Positions 25,235 through 38,800 of a stretch of DNA of 64,000 nt are shown piece after piece. Position numbers and translations under genes: made by a program. Within the stretch, counting starts at the first letter, position 1. Every line of letters starts with the position of its first letter. Source of the stretch: Marsupella aquatica (lineage: Eukaryota > Plantae > Marchantiophyta); NCBI GenBank assembly GCA_973895155.1, contig OZ316895.1, positions 12,655,929-12,719,928 on the forward strand. The letters are read 5' to 3'. The notes under the pieces were generated by a model that was given only the letters and a program-made list of their open reading frames with translations, was not told the origin of the DNA and made no database searches.

Positions 25235-27473
25235 CTAATCTAGGTCGATTGAATCACCATCTTGTTGGTGAAGCCCAGACTCGGGATGTGTGGTGGAATC
25301 GAACATTGGATTCATCGCTGCAGTAGCACAGAGAACCTTCGGAATTATCCCAAGGAGGGTTTGCATCTCATCACATGTTCTGTTTGTCTTGATGAGCTCT
25401 GTCAACAATGCAAGTGTCTGTTGAGAGTTAATACACCGAAGTTGATGATCATGCTCCACTTTTGCCTTCTTTGCTTCGTGCAATCTGGTGGATCTGTCCC
25501 TATCTCTACTTTCTCATGCTGTGTTCTCTCGCAATTCATTGGCATCTCGTGCAACAGCTTCTCTTGCCTCCCTTGCTTCTCTGGCAGCAGCTTCCCTGAA
25601 CTCTTTTCGTTCCCGCATGTCCTCTAATCTCCATTTATCCTTTGCTTCGATGATCTGCTGCTTAAACACATTTTTCTCATTCAACTTCTCAAGGTAAACT
25701 TCGGCCAAATTAGGCCTGGATGTAGCTTGTGAGGGAACTGCCCTCCTTGGTGTTCCTCGTCGTGGGCCGTGTGGTGTTCCACGAGTTGACTGAGGCAAAG
25801 ATCTGGGTGTTGCCTGAGAAGCATCGGGAGATCCTGTTCTCAGTGGTGTTGGCTCAGGTCCCTCTGGTCGAAGATAACCATGCTGTGGAGACACATCTTC
25901 TGTTGATTCAGGTTCCTCTGGTCGCTCTGAAAAATCATCCACGGGCTGTCCATCAAGGCAGGATTCAGTCCTACATGGCATATTTGTAGTGACATCTGCA
26001 ATCATAAATTCGAAGTTAAATACCACAATCTCCACCCGACAGACCCTAGGCTGACCTTCTTCATCGGCCACACAGCAGAGGCAAGAATCTACGCTACCAT
26101 CCGCAAATGCTGGCATCCATCAGTGACAAGGCAAAATAATTATCTACTCCATTTTCTGACCAGCTAACTACGCAGCTCAATCCGTGATGGGTTGACGGTA
26201 TTCGGCTTGAACATTGAGCTTCTACATTGATGCCATGTTAGAGGACCACACCCATTCAGACTCTGGTATATATTTCAACCTCTCGAATAGACCCATTCTG
26301 AGAGGAGGAAAACATGGCTCGAGGGCCCAACGAAAAGAGATTAGCTAAGATCAAAGAAGATTGAGAGGCACGATCAAAGGGCTAGGGAGATTGTTGCAGA
26401 GGGTCTAGAGTCCGTTTGAAGACTTGTTCTAAGATCTCTGACTGATTAGACACAAAAGATCGCAGCCTCTGCAAATTCCTCTACAGCACATTTGGAGATC
26501 GTCCCTAAACAAGAATTATTTGAAGTATATAAAAAACTACGCCAGAAGGTCAAGCAAATAGACATTTCCTTACTATGCCTGAGAAGCGACTGGAACTCTG
26601 GACATGACTTCTTCGCTGTCTAGTACATCTAACTACGCAAATATAGACGACTACTCCAATCCAGGAAAATCTGGGGGCTGCCGATGAGCTAAAACAATGT
26701 TGATAACCTCCCTGTTACCTGATACGATAGTTCGCAAATGCCATATGAAGGGTTTCTCCTCGTCTCTTACAAACCAAGAGTTGCAGACCATAGTCGTTAA
26801 GTCAGACATTGAATTTGTTACCTGATGGCGTTGGAGCTGCGATGTGTGGAATTTCCTCAGCTTCACCACCATCATCGTCATCGGAGCCCTGATCCACAAA
26901 TATTTCGGAATGTCCAGGCAATCCAACACAACCTGTGCTAGGCGGGGACACATTCGCCCTGTGCCCATACAAGGCATGCATCCTCTCAAAATGAGGGCAG
27001 ATTTTGTCAAGTTTGGCTTCGATAGTAATCCCCGCTCTTATTTCTTCCATGGTAACCCCAAATCCTGAGTCTCGCTTCATACCTAGAGCTTCCTTGTATT
27101 TAGCGACATATCTACCAAATCGTTTACCCAGGTTGTCTCCATTTGCTACGAACGATGCAAAGCCTCTTGACTGAATCCAAACAAGCATCAGTCTAAAAAC
27201 TGTTTTCTTATTTGGATGCTTGGTGGCTGCTCCCTTATCACGCACTCTGTCTCCTCCGTTCAGCATTGCAAAATTATCACCTTCCTCCAGCCATTCAACA
27301 ATCAACAATAAGTTTGCCGGTGTGAGTTTGCGCCCTTCAGAGCTCCCTGCCTGGGTTGCGGGAGTAGTCACCATGGCTGGCAATTCGTGAATGTGCACTG
27401 ATTGGGAATCCTGTGCTTCTTGACGCTCATCAAACAGAGCGCGTTGTCTTGAACCCGACTGAGGAAGCTCCAT
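25235..27473 (-). pseudogene. Harbinger second gene (Myb/SANT-like DNA-binding protein with coiled-coil C-terminus), one premature stop; probable exons 27473-26822 and 25995-25235
   Basis: LLIVEWLEEGDNF...YKEALGMKRDSGFGVT...KLDKICPHFERMHALYGHRANVSP motif block; phase-1 GT-AG join to a S/T/P-rich then charged helical exon; in-frame TGA at 25514-25516 splits two colinear ORFs. Start codon uncertain. Confidence 0.7.
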
Positions 27474-27943
27474 GTTCCTGCTATGTATCCTTGTGTTGTG
27501 TGATTCTTCGATAAATCTTCGAGGCTGAATTCTTGATTTCAAATCAGACGCTCCTCTTAGTGCAGCCGCGGCCCGCGGGGATGTGCCACTGAGGATTGAG
27601 GAAGACGCTCCTCTCAGTGCAGCCGCGGCCGTGAGCAAGTCATTCAAACGGAACCCCTACGTGGCACTTAAACACATTTGATAAACCCAGGTTTAACCCG
27701 TGCCGGGACTCCTTTTAGGTGCGAGATAAAGTTCAGACCCCCGGTTTTTTGGGACCCGATTTTGGGTACCGGTGGTCAATATCGGGCGGCGACCAGAGAC
27801 ATCCGGGTGACCGGAAGGAGTCCTGTAACGCGCAGGGTTGAGACGCCCTAGTAGTGTAGAGTAAAGTTCCGGGTACAGTACAGGAAACTGGTTACCCAAT
27901 TTTCCGTGGAACTACAGTACGCTTGGTTACCCGATTGGCCTAG

Positions 27944-28135
27944 GAACTACAGTGCACCAGTAACTACAGTGCACCAGTAACTACAGTGCACTAGTACACT
28001 AGTAATTTACTAGGGCCTCGGAACTACAGTGCACCAGTAACTACAGTGCACTAGTACACTAGTAATATACTAGGGCCTCGGAACTACAGTACACCAGTAA
28101 CTACAGTGCACTAGTACACTAGTAATTTACTAGGG
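27944..28135. repeat. 60-bp tandem repeat (three copies) built from 17-bp aactacagtgcaccagt subunits
   Basis: Lines 27961, 28021 and 28081 are almost identical. Confidence 0.95.
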
Positions 28136-30750
28136 CGTCTCAAATAGGGGGGAACAAATGACCTCATGGGCGGCCCAGTAAGCCCTTGGGCGCACCTAAA
28201 TTGGGTACACCAGGGCTTTTTCTTTCGGAGTGGGGTCATGGCACTCTCATCGAACACTTGTAAGCCTGACTCTCGACCTTCAACCTTTGAGGACAAAGCA
28301 CAGAGTCACGAGGTAGTCTGCCCATTTTTGCCGGCCCTCCCTATCGATTTTGGGTGCGACATTTGGTGCCCGACCCGGGACAATCTCAGGCATGGTTCCG
28401 CTTGCAAAATTCACATATTAGAGACACCTTACTGGTAGTTCTTTTGTGGCTATTTGGGACTCTTAGGCTTATGGTATATCATAGTGCCCAAGGCAGAAAA
28501 CACCCAACCTTGAGACATTATCTCGAAGGGAAAGCAACCCAATGAAGGGGAGGAAAAGAGGGGAAACGGCCCCAAGAAAAACAAGCCAAGGGGTCCCCAA
28601 CCAAAAGCTAACAAAGGAACAAGGACCAAAAAATAATCTACAAAGGAGATTTGAAGGCTAACACCCTACTGAGCGGAGAACTGAAAAGTCTGGTAGAGCT
28701 CTGGAGTAAACCGCATAGGAAGGTCACAAAGCGGAACTTGTTGGGAGGTCCTAAAACCAACTGCCTAGGCCCACTGAAGGGCCACAGACACCCCTCCCAA
28801 AACAAGGTGGTGAAGACAAAAAAATGGGGGGAAAGGTCTCCTCTCAGTACAAAAATTTGCACAGGCCCGCAGAAATTAGTCTAAGGTAGGGTGGAAAGTA
28901 CCAAAAACCTCAAGGGCAAAGGGGTAGAAAAGATCTCCTCGTATGATTTGCATTGGCCTCCTCCTTGAGCCAGGCTGCCTTGGCAGCCGCATGGTCAAGC
29001 ACATGGGTGACTTATGGGCTCTTTGGTCTCCGTTGTTTTTTGCTTTTTATTGGGTTTCTTTTTATCTTTGGTTTCATAATTTTGTTTAGTGTTCTCCTGC
29101 TTTTAGGCTCTTTGTTGATTGGTCTTCTTGGCTTTTTCCTTTTTATTTGGCTTTTTTTGTCTTGCTTTATCCTATTTATTGGGTTTCTTTTTATCTTTAG
29201 TTTCCTAATTTAGTTTTTTTTTAAATTTAAAAGGGAAATGTGTGAAACCCCACATAAATGGAAGAGTTACCTACAATAATTAAACCCAAGACCTATCAGT
29301 CTTTATTCAAGTGAACTACAACAAAGTCATACCTCTCTGGGCACCTAATTTAGTTTTTAATTCTCTCTTGTTGGCTCTTTGGTCTTCTTTGCTTTTCCCT
29401 ATTTATTTGTTTATTTTGTCATGGTCTCACAATTTAGTTTATTCTCGGGTTTGTTGGCTCTTTGGTCTTTTCTGCTTTTTCCTTTTTATTTGGTTTTTTT
29501 GTCTGGGGGATCATGATTTAGTTTACTCTCGGTTTTGTTGGTCTTCTTTGCTTTTTCCTTTTTATTTTCTTTTTTTCTCTTGCTTTATTTTCTTTTTATT
29601 GGGTTTCCTTTTATCTTTGGTTTCATATTAATTTAGTTTTTTTATTCTCGGGCATGTGTGCTCTATGGTCTTCTTTGCTTTTTCCTTTTTATTTTTTGTT
29701 TTCCTCTTGCTTTATTTTCTTTTTATTGGGTTTCTTTTTATCTTTGGTTTCATGTTAATTTAGTTTTTTTATTCTCGGGCATGTGGGCTCTTTGGTCTTC
29801 TTTGCTTTTCTCTTTTTATTTGGTTTTTTTTTTGGTCTTGGTGTCATAATTTAGTTGATTCTCAGGTTTGTTGGCTCTTTGGTCTTTTGTTTTTTTCTTT
29901 TTATTTGGTTTTTTCTGGTCCTGATAATTTCGTTTACTCTCGGGTTTGTGGGCTCTTTGGTCTTCTCTGCTTTTTCCTTTCTATTTAGCTTTTTCTTGTC
30001 TCGAGGATCATAATAGTTTACTCTCGGGCTTGTGGGCTTTTTGGCTTTCCTGGGATTCCTTCTAATTGGCTTTCTTGTCGTTGGGATCATGACTTAGTTC
30101 ATTCTCAGGCTTGTGGTCTTTTTGGTCTTCCTGAGTTTTCTTTTTTCCCTTTATTGGGTTTTTTTGTATTTGGGATCATAATTTTGTTTACCCTTGGGCT
30201 TGCAGGCTCTTTGGCCTTTTTGGATTTTCTTTTGTTTGCTCCATTCATTGGGTTTCTTTGCTTTGGGATCATAACTTGGTTTGCTATCGGCCTTATGGGC
30301 TCTTTGGTTTTACGGGGTTTTTGTTTTCTTTTGTCCTCTTTATTAGGTATCTTGCTCGACTGTGGGCTCTTGGTCTTCCTGGGTTTTTTTTTTCCTTTTT
30401 ATTGAATGGGTTTCTTGTCTTTGGGATTGTACTTTTGTTTACTCTCGGGCTTGTGGGCTCTATGGTCCTCTTGGTGTATTTTTTTTGGTTTTCTCCCTCA
30501 GTAGGCTTTCTTGCCTTCTGGATTCTAAACTTAGCTATTTGTTTTGCTATTCCAGACCTGGGATCCTGATTTAAATCTTTTGTCATTGTTGAGACTTGGG
30601 ATCCTATTTTAGTTGTTTTGTTCGCCTAGTCTAGGTCTCTTTGGTCTTCATGGGCTTTTATTTTATTTTCCCCCTTTAGTGGATTTCTTACTTTGGGGAT
30701 ATTGTCTTCCAATATGGGGCCTTTTCTTATTGGACAATATTTTATATATT
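28133..30750. repeat. Probable second TE end followed by a long T-rich degenerate repeat tract
   Basis: GGGCGTCTCAAA at 28133 is identical to the left Harbinger TIR; 29010-30700 consists of recurring ggctctttggtcttc / ttttattgggtttc / tttactctcggg motifs. No matching right TIR found. Confidence 0.5.
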
Positions 30751-32449
30751 TTCCAGAATAAATTAAAGGACATATTGAAAATCAAGCTTTGTTATTGAAA
30801 ACATTTTGTAAACAAAAGTGTGTTGATAAATAAATGTAAAGGTGTCAAGGTTACATCCATGGGAACTAAGTGATTAATTTTTGCTAGATTCCACCTCTCC
30901 AAAAATCTTAGCCACTTTTGGCACAAATTGCTCATTTTTCTTTTCACATTCACCAGTTTCCCACCTGGTCACAGGCACAATTTTCCATATACCCAGAATC
31001 TAACTATCCTCTTTAAATCTAAGCAGCTCTAACAAACAGAAAAAAAATAAAGAATCTTCATAACATCTTCGCCTTCACACACCACATTGGCCACTCTGGT
31101 CAATAAGGAAACACCTTAAACATTACAGAGATTTTAAAATTATTTTCAACATTTGTCCGTTAAACTTTGCAATAATTGCTCAATCATTACTCTACTACTA
31201 TTACTCATAAGAAGCTCACAACACATGGATCCTACTGTACTTAGCAAACCCAAACTGCATTCGAGCCCCTCAAGATCGGGCAGCCAACTGACCCAGCTGC
31301 TGCCGGCTGGCACAAAAACTGTTGGGTCCCCCCTGCAACAGAATTTCATTCGTCTGCTTTTTTACCTGCTATGGTCCGCCACATCATTTTGGCCACGTGT
31401 ACGATTTTCAGCCTCGACCTCGTTTTGACTCCGGCCCACGTTTTGAGTTTTTATAGTAACCCAACTTAATCCCCACAAGCTGGAAAGCTCCATTACAATA
31501 GTGAGTGCCACACATTGGTTGGCGACTTCCTTCTTTGCGTTGACAGAAATTTTATTGAAGGATGGACGTACACCCAGTGGCAGTCCAAAATGTGAATGGA
31601 GAAATTACAAACTGAGTGGGGCCCCAGATGCACAAAACCTTGCTTAACCAGACTCTCAAGTTTCAAATTTACTTGCGGTGGCCCTAATCTATGTTAGTGT
31701 AATACCTATGTACCTAAGAGTCTGGGCCAGAAGAAGAAAATAATAACTAAGTGAGGCCGCAAATGTAGGAAACGCACTTGAGCATACCTGCAAGGCATGG
31801 AGGGAGAGCTTAGGGGAAGGAGGAAAAGCTTAAACCTCTTGTTAGTCTATGCACTGATTTGTTAGAGGCTCTAGACAGTGATTTTTAGAAGCTCTTGGCC
31901 AATCTTGGCATCCAGTCAGTCTGCTGTCTAATAGAGAGAAACCTCACTACTGACATAAATTTATTTTCTATCATACCATGTAGCGTTTCTATTATGCTAC
32001 ACTGTCCACTGTAAATAGTGTAAGTATATAATTAATGTGACACCAAAATCAGAATGACACACTTAATTGTGTGAACATTTCTTTCTAACCCGCATCACAC
32101 TAATTAAGTATGTTAACTCACACACTTTACTTTATATTGAAAGTCTGCTTGAGTCTCAGTTTTATGCCTCAATTCTCAGTGTGCACTATTCAAGGCAAAC
32201 ACTTCATTTAGTGAGACCAAAAGTGTACATTCATGTGACCTATAATTAGAGTGACACCTGAAATATTGAAATTAGAGGCACAAGATAACGGTCACTGCAT
32301 CATAGAATCCAAGGACAACCAAGTGACAGGAAAATAAATTTCAAAATTAGAGAAAAATATTTTTCTATATTTGATTTTTATTCAAAAAAATTTCAAAATC
32401 TCAAAGTTTTACAGTTTTTGTAATTTAAGTAAATTTAATGTAAATAAAA

Positions 32450-33470
32450 TTTATTAATATTTTTAGTAATATGTTTTTATCTTGGGCAGTCCAAGACAGG
32501 TCTAGAGGGCAACTTAGGCAGACATTTATTTTAGATGGGGTGTGTGGATAGATCTGTGTATGTCATAAACATTATTTTGATTGAGTGTCAAAACTAGTTC
32601 ACACTTTTTCTTTTTCTTGGAAAACAAATCATACTTTTACAATAATTAATTAATTTAAAGAATTATTATTATTATTATTATTATTAGCCCTATGCCCGTG
32701 CGTTGCACAGTGCAATGAGGGCCGGTCCATAGGGAGTCAGACCGGGAGGCGAGAGGCAGGGGCGAGCGAATTGGGACCGAGGGGAGGGCGAGGCAGGGCG
32801 TAAGGGTGAGGCAGTGCGACCATTGATGCCCATATACTTATATCGGAAGGGAGGTCCATAATGAAGGCACGGGTGTGGGAGGCCTTGCCAGAGAGGGCAA
32901 GTGCTAATCAAACGGATACGAAAATCCTCTAAAATATCTAACAGCTCCAGTTTTGATTCCTGCCGATTCTCAATTTCATAACGGGACGAAGGATGAAAAA
33001 ACGGGATCACTTATTATAGTTGTAAATTATTTTTATTAATATTTTTTATCATGGGCAGTCAAGGGCAGGTCTAAAGGGCAACTTAGGCAGACATTTATTT
33101 TAGATGGGTGTGTGGAGGGATCTGTCAATGTGAAAAACAATATTTTGATGGAAGGTCAAAATTGGTTCACACTTTTTCTTTTTGCTTGGAAAACAGTGCA
33201 CACCAAATAGAATTCACTTTTGGTCTCCTTTCAGGTTTTCTTGTTTTATATCCAAAATAGCAAGTCAAATTTGAATGATAACCATTGTTGGGTGTGTGGA
33301 GAGATCTGTCAATGTAAAAAACAATATTTTGATGGAAGGTCAAAATTGGTTCACACTTTTTCTTTTTGCTTGGAAAACAATGCACACCAAATAGAATTCA
33401 CTCTTGGTCTCCCTTCAGGTTTTCATGTTTTATATCCAAAATAGCAAGTCAAATTTGAATGATAACCATT
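32450..33470. repeat. Local tandem duplications (about 180-bp units) interrupted by a Helitron
   Basis: gggcaacttaggcagacatttattttagatggg near 32507 and 33076; gatctgtcaatgt...aattggttcacactttttctttttgcttggaaaac near 33119 and 33303. Confidence 0.85.
32684..33026 (-). mobile_element. Non-autonomous Helitron, copy 1 (ends slightly mutated)
   Basis: Minus strand begins TTTACAACTATAATA and ends with hairpin CTGTGCAACGCACGG followed by GCATAGGGCTAA; homologous to copies 2 and 3. Confidence 0.75.
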
Positions 33471-33557
33471 GCAATTTTTAGAGCAACAATATATTATAGG
33501 TTTGGATGTAAAAGTTGAAGGACTTTGCAATTAGTAATTATGGTCGACAGTGTAATA

Positions 33558-33920
33558 CGAGCCCTATGCCCATGCATTGCACTGTGCAAGGAAGGCTGGC
33601 CCATATCGGAGGGAGCATTTGCGAGGGGGGATTGTCCATAATGAAGGGAGGGAGGGAATGATGAGGCTCGGAGGGGAGGGGAAATGGTGAGGCATCGTTA
33701 TCCCCTCATTGATGGCTACACGAGGGCGCGAGGCACATATTTGCAAGGTAGGCATAGAGGGATCGGATGGTATTGTTGAGAGTGGAAGTCCCCGCAAGTG
33801 AATCAAACGGATGCGATAAATCCACTCAAATATCTAATGGCCAGTTTAGATCCCGCCTATATTGGATTTTGTAACAGGACAAAGGACAAAAATGGCGGGA
33901 TTGCCTATTATAGTTGTAGA
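33558..33920 (-). mobile_element. Non-autonomous Helitron, copy 2
   Basis: Minus strand A|TCTACAACTATAATAGGCAAT ... GTGCAATGCATGGGCATAGGGCTCG|T: 5' TC, subterminal hairpin remnant, inserted between A and T with no TSD. Confidence 0.8.
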
Positions 33921-35800
33921 TACTAGTTTTCAATTATGATTGTGTAGCACACGTCATGTCTAAGCTTGTATATTGGTTTTCCGTTATGATTGCATAGTAC
34001 ATTTCATTTCTTCATGTTTAATTACATGCCTTCTATCTGACAAACAAAGGGCAATCAAACCTTGCTCACAAGGCCTACTCTCCTAGTGAAATCTCTAGAC
34101 TGTGACTCCTTTTTGATGGCATATAAAATCAGTTTTTCTTCAAGGTTTTTCTCCTTCTCATCATTATGTACGGACCCCACTAGAGGTCCCTTCCAAAATT
34201 CCTGGCACCACATTGTGCCACATCAACAACAACTGCAACAAACAAGACTCATCAATTTTGTGAATCAAACTTATAGTTTTCATTTGTGTTTGTGTCAATT
34301 TGAGTGTAAATTTTGGGACGCCATGCTGTAAAAAGAAAAGTAAAAAATTAGAAATGTAAATAGCAAGACGGTTAAAACTGTCACTATGTAACCGTTTTAT
34401 TTACATTTCCAATTTTAAAACTTAAATTCAAAGATTTATAAAAAATATTTTTCATATAATAAATAATGACTAATAACTAACTTGATAATTTCCTTGTCAA
34501 AAGGTAATTGGCACCTGGAGTAAGATTTTTGGCCCTTTGCAATTAAGATAAACTGTTAACCATGGTCCAAACTTGAACACTCAACTAACTGAAACAATTC
34601 ATTTGATCAGACATTCATCTAATTGCAAATGTCACAAATTGAATTTTGATTCTCTTAACTTGAGAATTTGGTAGCATGTACCAAAAAGGCCTGATTTTGA
34701 AAACTGTTTGTGATAACTAGGCTATCAATTAGTCAAGGGGTCCATGAACTAATTATGTTAAAAGAAAAGGTAATCAGGCTAGCACACTCTGGACACAAGA
34801 TCTGCCTCAGTCATTTCCACTAGAAGGCTGACAGGCTGCATTTTTCGGAGCCAAGCCCACACAAAGTGCTTCTAATCCTTTCTGCTATTAGGCATGTGTA
34901 TTTCAGCTTTCAGTGTTACAGTACAGTAGTAGGGTTTGGAGAAAAATGGGTACTTCTCTACAATGCATACTTTAGTGTTTTAAAATCTCCATATAATCTG
35001 ACGTGTAATTCTCATATTTACATATGTATTCATGGACTTCTAGTAAATCTACAAAGTGGTGATCATGCGTATTAAGGATTTCGCATTTAGGTGATCACTC
35101 ACTGAATGAGCCTTGGGTCGGAGAAACAGCCACGTGGACTGTTGGAAATAGTGACTGCACTTTCCAGATGAAGATCATCCGATGCGGTCCCGGTGTCTCC
35201 ATATGCTTTGTTCGTTACAGATTTACATCGCCTCTCACGTGCACTGCCCGCGGGCAAACAAATAAAAATCGCCAACGTGGACTCCCGCCGTTTCGTTCTT
35301 TACCGTCGGCCCAATTCACCAAATGGTAACTGAAATGCGTTACACTAACTTATTATTACGCTGGGATCTCACCTCCGGTTTGTGCCCCGCGCGGTACAAA
35401 CCACACCACCCCACCTGACCACGGTAAACTAAACCGGACTGGGGTAACGGTAAACTAAACCGAAGCTGAAGAAATCCATCGGAAGAAATCCATCGGAAAA
35501 CATGGGGCAGGAGTGGAGTGGAGTGGAGTGGAGTGGAGCTGAGCTGAGCGCAAGAGAGGAGGATAATTATCTATCTGCATTAAAAGTGGAGCGGCAGTCG
35601 TCGCCCGACGAGCGGAGTTGTTGATCTCCGTCTCAGAATGCTTCGAGGTGGACATTAGTGGAGCAGAAATATCTCAAATCACACTACAGTTTTGGGGAAA
35701 ATGAGTGGTGCTGTTTTAGCGGCCATTGCGAGCACTTTGGTGAATTGAGAGATCGATTGATCGGTTCGGGTGATAGAGGGGAGACGAGAGGAAGTGTTAG

Positions 35801-38800
35801 ATGGGGTGCGTTGGCGTCCGGAATCCTGCGGGGGGAATCCTCTCCCTGATAACAACCGTGCCATCTCCTTCCTGCACCCCCTCGAATTTGTGGAAGTGCT
35901 CTTCGATCCCATCTGTCGGTGGAATTTCCTCAGTTTTAGATTCGCCTTCGGCGTCATGGAGTAGCTCATTCGCCTTGGATCGGGTGTCACTACTGCTTCG
36001 GATTTCCCAATCGCGCTGCTGCAGCAGCTCCTTCGGCACGTTTTGGTTGTCCTCCGCCCATTGCAGCTCTTCGGGTCGGTCAGTCTCGGAGCAGCTTCCG
36101 TTTGTTTCGTCGTCCGGTCTGAGGAGTGGCTTCGTCTTCAATGAGCTGTCGTCGCGTTTGATTGGCGCTCCCAAGTCACGACTTGGAATAAAGAAGTCGA
36201 GGAGGAGGAGCTTTCAAGTGCATGCGACCGGTCCCAATGACAATGATCCTCCGCCCGAGTACAGGTTAGATTCTACAATACCAACGTGCTCCGTGCTTTC
36301 GGCCTCTTATGTTTCGTCACAGCATGTCGTTTGGGTGAATGTCGGAGTGGTATATCCAAACAACGAATTGCATTTTCTCGTCCCTCCAAATGATACGGCT
36401 TGGAACCTAGATGCTTTCACTGCTGTAGAGGTGGAGCCCAAATGTCACGAATATTGTCCATCAATGCCGGGCCACTGACGCTGGGTACACTTGATTAGAT
36501 GCCAGTTAAACTCAACACATTGAACAAGAGAAACCTGGTGACTAATTCCTAGGCATGTCTCGTGTTCAACTCGGAAAAGGTTGTGCTACGTCGAATTATA
36601 AGGTTGAGGTATTATTTGTTTAAAGTTGTTGTCAGTGTCCGTCCTGTATGCCATCTTTGAAGCTGAACTTTGCCCCAACTTCCAAACCCTCTAGGACGTG
36701 GAAAGAAACAATTGTTCTCGTTGAAATCCAATTTTTGGATATGAGCGGAAGAAAATTGCCGTTCAAATTCAAAGTTTGATGTGTTGGTCAAGACAGTAGA
36801 TTGTATCATCCCATCCAAACGTAAGCTTGGTGGGGAAATTTGTTTCTAAAATTATAATTCAGGTGTATGGCTTCCTGCGAAAGGGTTGCAGCCAATGATG
36901 TCTAACCTGTACGAAACAGATCAAAATTTACCATCCTTATGATTTTCTTGATTAAGACTCTGGTGGATCTATTGAATGGTGTGAGGTGGGGGTTATTTGT
37001 GTTTCCGCATACCACTGCTAGATGAAGGAACCTGGACAATGCGCTTCGTCATCTGTCGGTGTTGGATAAACTGGATGTTTGAACGAACTTACGGCAGAAG
37101 CTAAGAGCAGTGAGCGTGAGGAAGATTATCCTGACTCTAGAAAGTGTCGGCGGAATTTTGGGAGAGGATGTTATTGAGTTTACTGAATTTTAAATGAAAT
37201 CTAACTGATTTCTTTATGAAATCTAAATTGGAATACACCAGACATTCTCTCTAAACGCAGGGAGCATATTGGCCTAGGATCGAGTTTTTGTCAAATACTA
37301 TAGTTTTTGTTAAAGCTACGTTGCACCTTACATGGATCTCTGGGGCCAGGTTATGAGTATTGATATCGATTGGATTGACGGTCTACTGTCTTCAAAGGAG
37401 CATAAGACGACCAGTAGAACTGAAGAGTGGAATGTGGCGTGCAAACATTTTCTAGCAAATGTATCACGTAGGCACCTTACAGTGATGTATTGGCCTTGAC
37501 TTGCGCCGAGAAGTCAAAGGAGCTTCACCCGGACATTTTATTCACTCAATGTGGGTAATTTTGGTCGCTTATTTACGAACAAGCGATTAATTAGCAGTGA
37601 GAATGGACTAACGCCTATGCTGGAATTTATGAAAACACGATTCTCTACTGGGGCTATTCTCACAACCCAAAATGGTTTTCTTTGTTTCTGTAAAGAAGGC
37701 CTTGGTTAATTTGATGTGACTAGAATTATGAAGAGTAGGGTCTTTGGCTGAGTAACGGTTCTTGATCTCTCTTCTCGGTTTGTTCGTGAAGCCATTGACC
37801 AACGATGCTTCTTTCTTTCTTATATGCAGCTCAGATACGAAGATCAGGAGTGAAGTTATTTCGCCATTCAGATCGGTGCGGATGTTCTTTTATTTAGCCT
37901 TTATTGCAAGCGGGAGTCTTGGGAGTCTTATCACCTTGACGCGTTTTGCAGCAGCTCTAAGTGATGCTCCAAATGCACAACCGATCCCGGATATTTTTAA
38001 AGACCTGGGAATTGATCTCGGAGCAGTGACACTCTTTGCTCTCCTTTATAGGTCTGACGCCAAAGCTCGCGACATATCTCTTGCGAAGATTTCCAGGGAG
38101 GAGATTCTCTCTACTCTGCGAGTTGAGCTTGTCAATAAGAAGGTGGTAACACTTCAACAACTTAGGGGAATTGCCAGGATCGTCGTTATTTCTGGGTCAC
38201 GGGAGTACATCAAAGAAGCATTTGAGCGAGCTGAACCGTTTAAACAGGATCTTCTCGACAGGGGCGTGTTGGTAGTACCTTACTCACTGGATGGTCCCCT
38301 GCCTGTATCAGAACCAACCGCTAGCACTGGACAACAAAGTGTAGGATCAGTGGCAGTGCAGGAACAGCCTAAAGTAGCTGCCACTGAGAGATGGACAGCA
38401 ATTCCTATCTATACAAGCGAATGGTCGAGGTGAGCGGAGTCTAATATGCTGTGAACATTTTGGCTGTTATGGACACCGTCTCGAATGTTTACTGAGACTT
38501 GCCAAGAGTCTTGATTCGATGCTGCTAGCAGTAAACTTAGACGTAGGAACATCTTCCTTAATGAAAGATACACCAATTCACCATATGTCAGTCAGTGTGC
38601 CATTTTCCTTTGAAAATTGAAGTTTGTGTCAGAGCTCACAAACGAACTTTCACCTAGACATAAATGTTAAATAGGTATTTTTGCAATTTTGATACTAAGG
38701 CAAGCATGAGTAGTGTACCTTACTGTAAAGAAAGGTATGAAGGCACTTAATCCTTCATTCTGGCTTGCTAGTCTCTTCTACTCTTAACACAAGGTGAGCC

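Larger units (their letters stand above)
20314..27848. mobile_element. PIF/Harbinger DNA transposon, about 7.5 kb, two convergent genes
   Basis: Terminal inverted repeats GGGCGTCTCAA (20314-20324) and TTGAGACGCCC (27838-27848), both flanked by TAGTA inside a (TAG)n tract so the TSD length is ambiguous; encloses a DDE nuclease gene and a Myb/SANT-like partner gene. Confidence 0.85.

Noticed and set aside
28953-30798. Phe/Leu-rich membrane-protein-like ORFs
   Set aside because: Artefacts of T-rich low-complexity repeats; overlapping ORFs in several frames with no recognisable domain.
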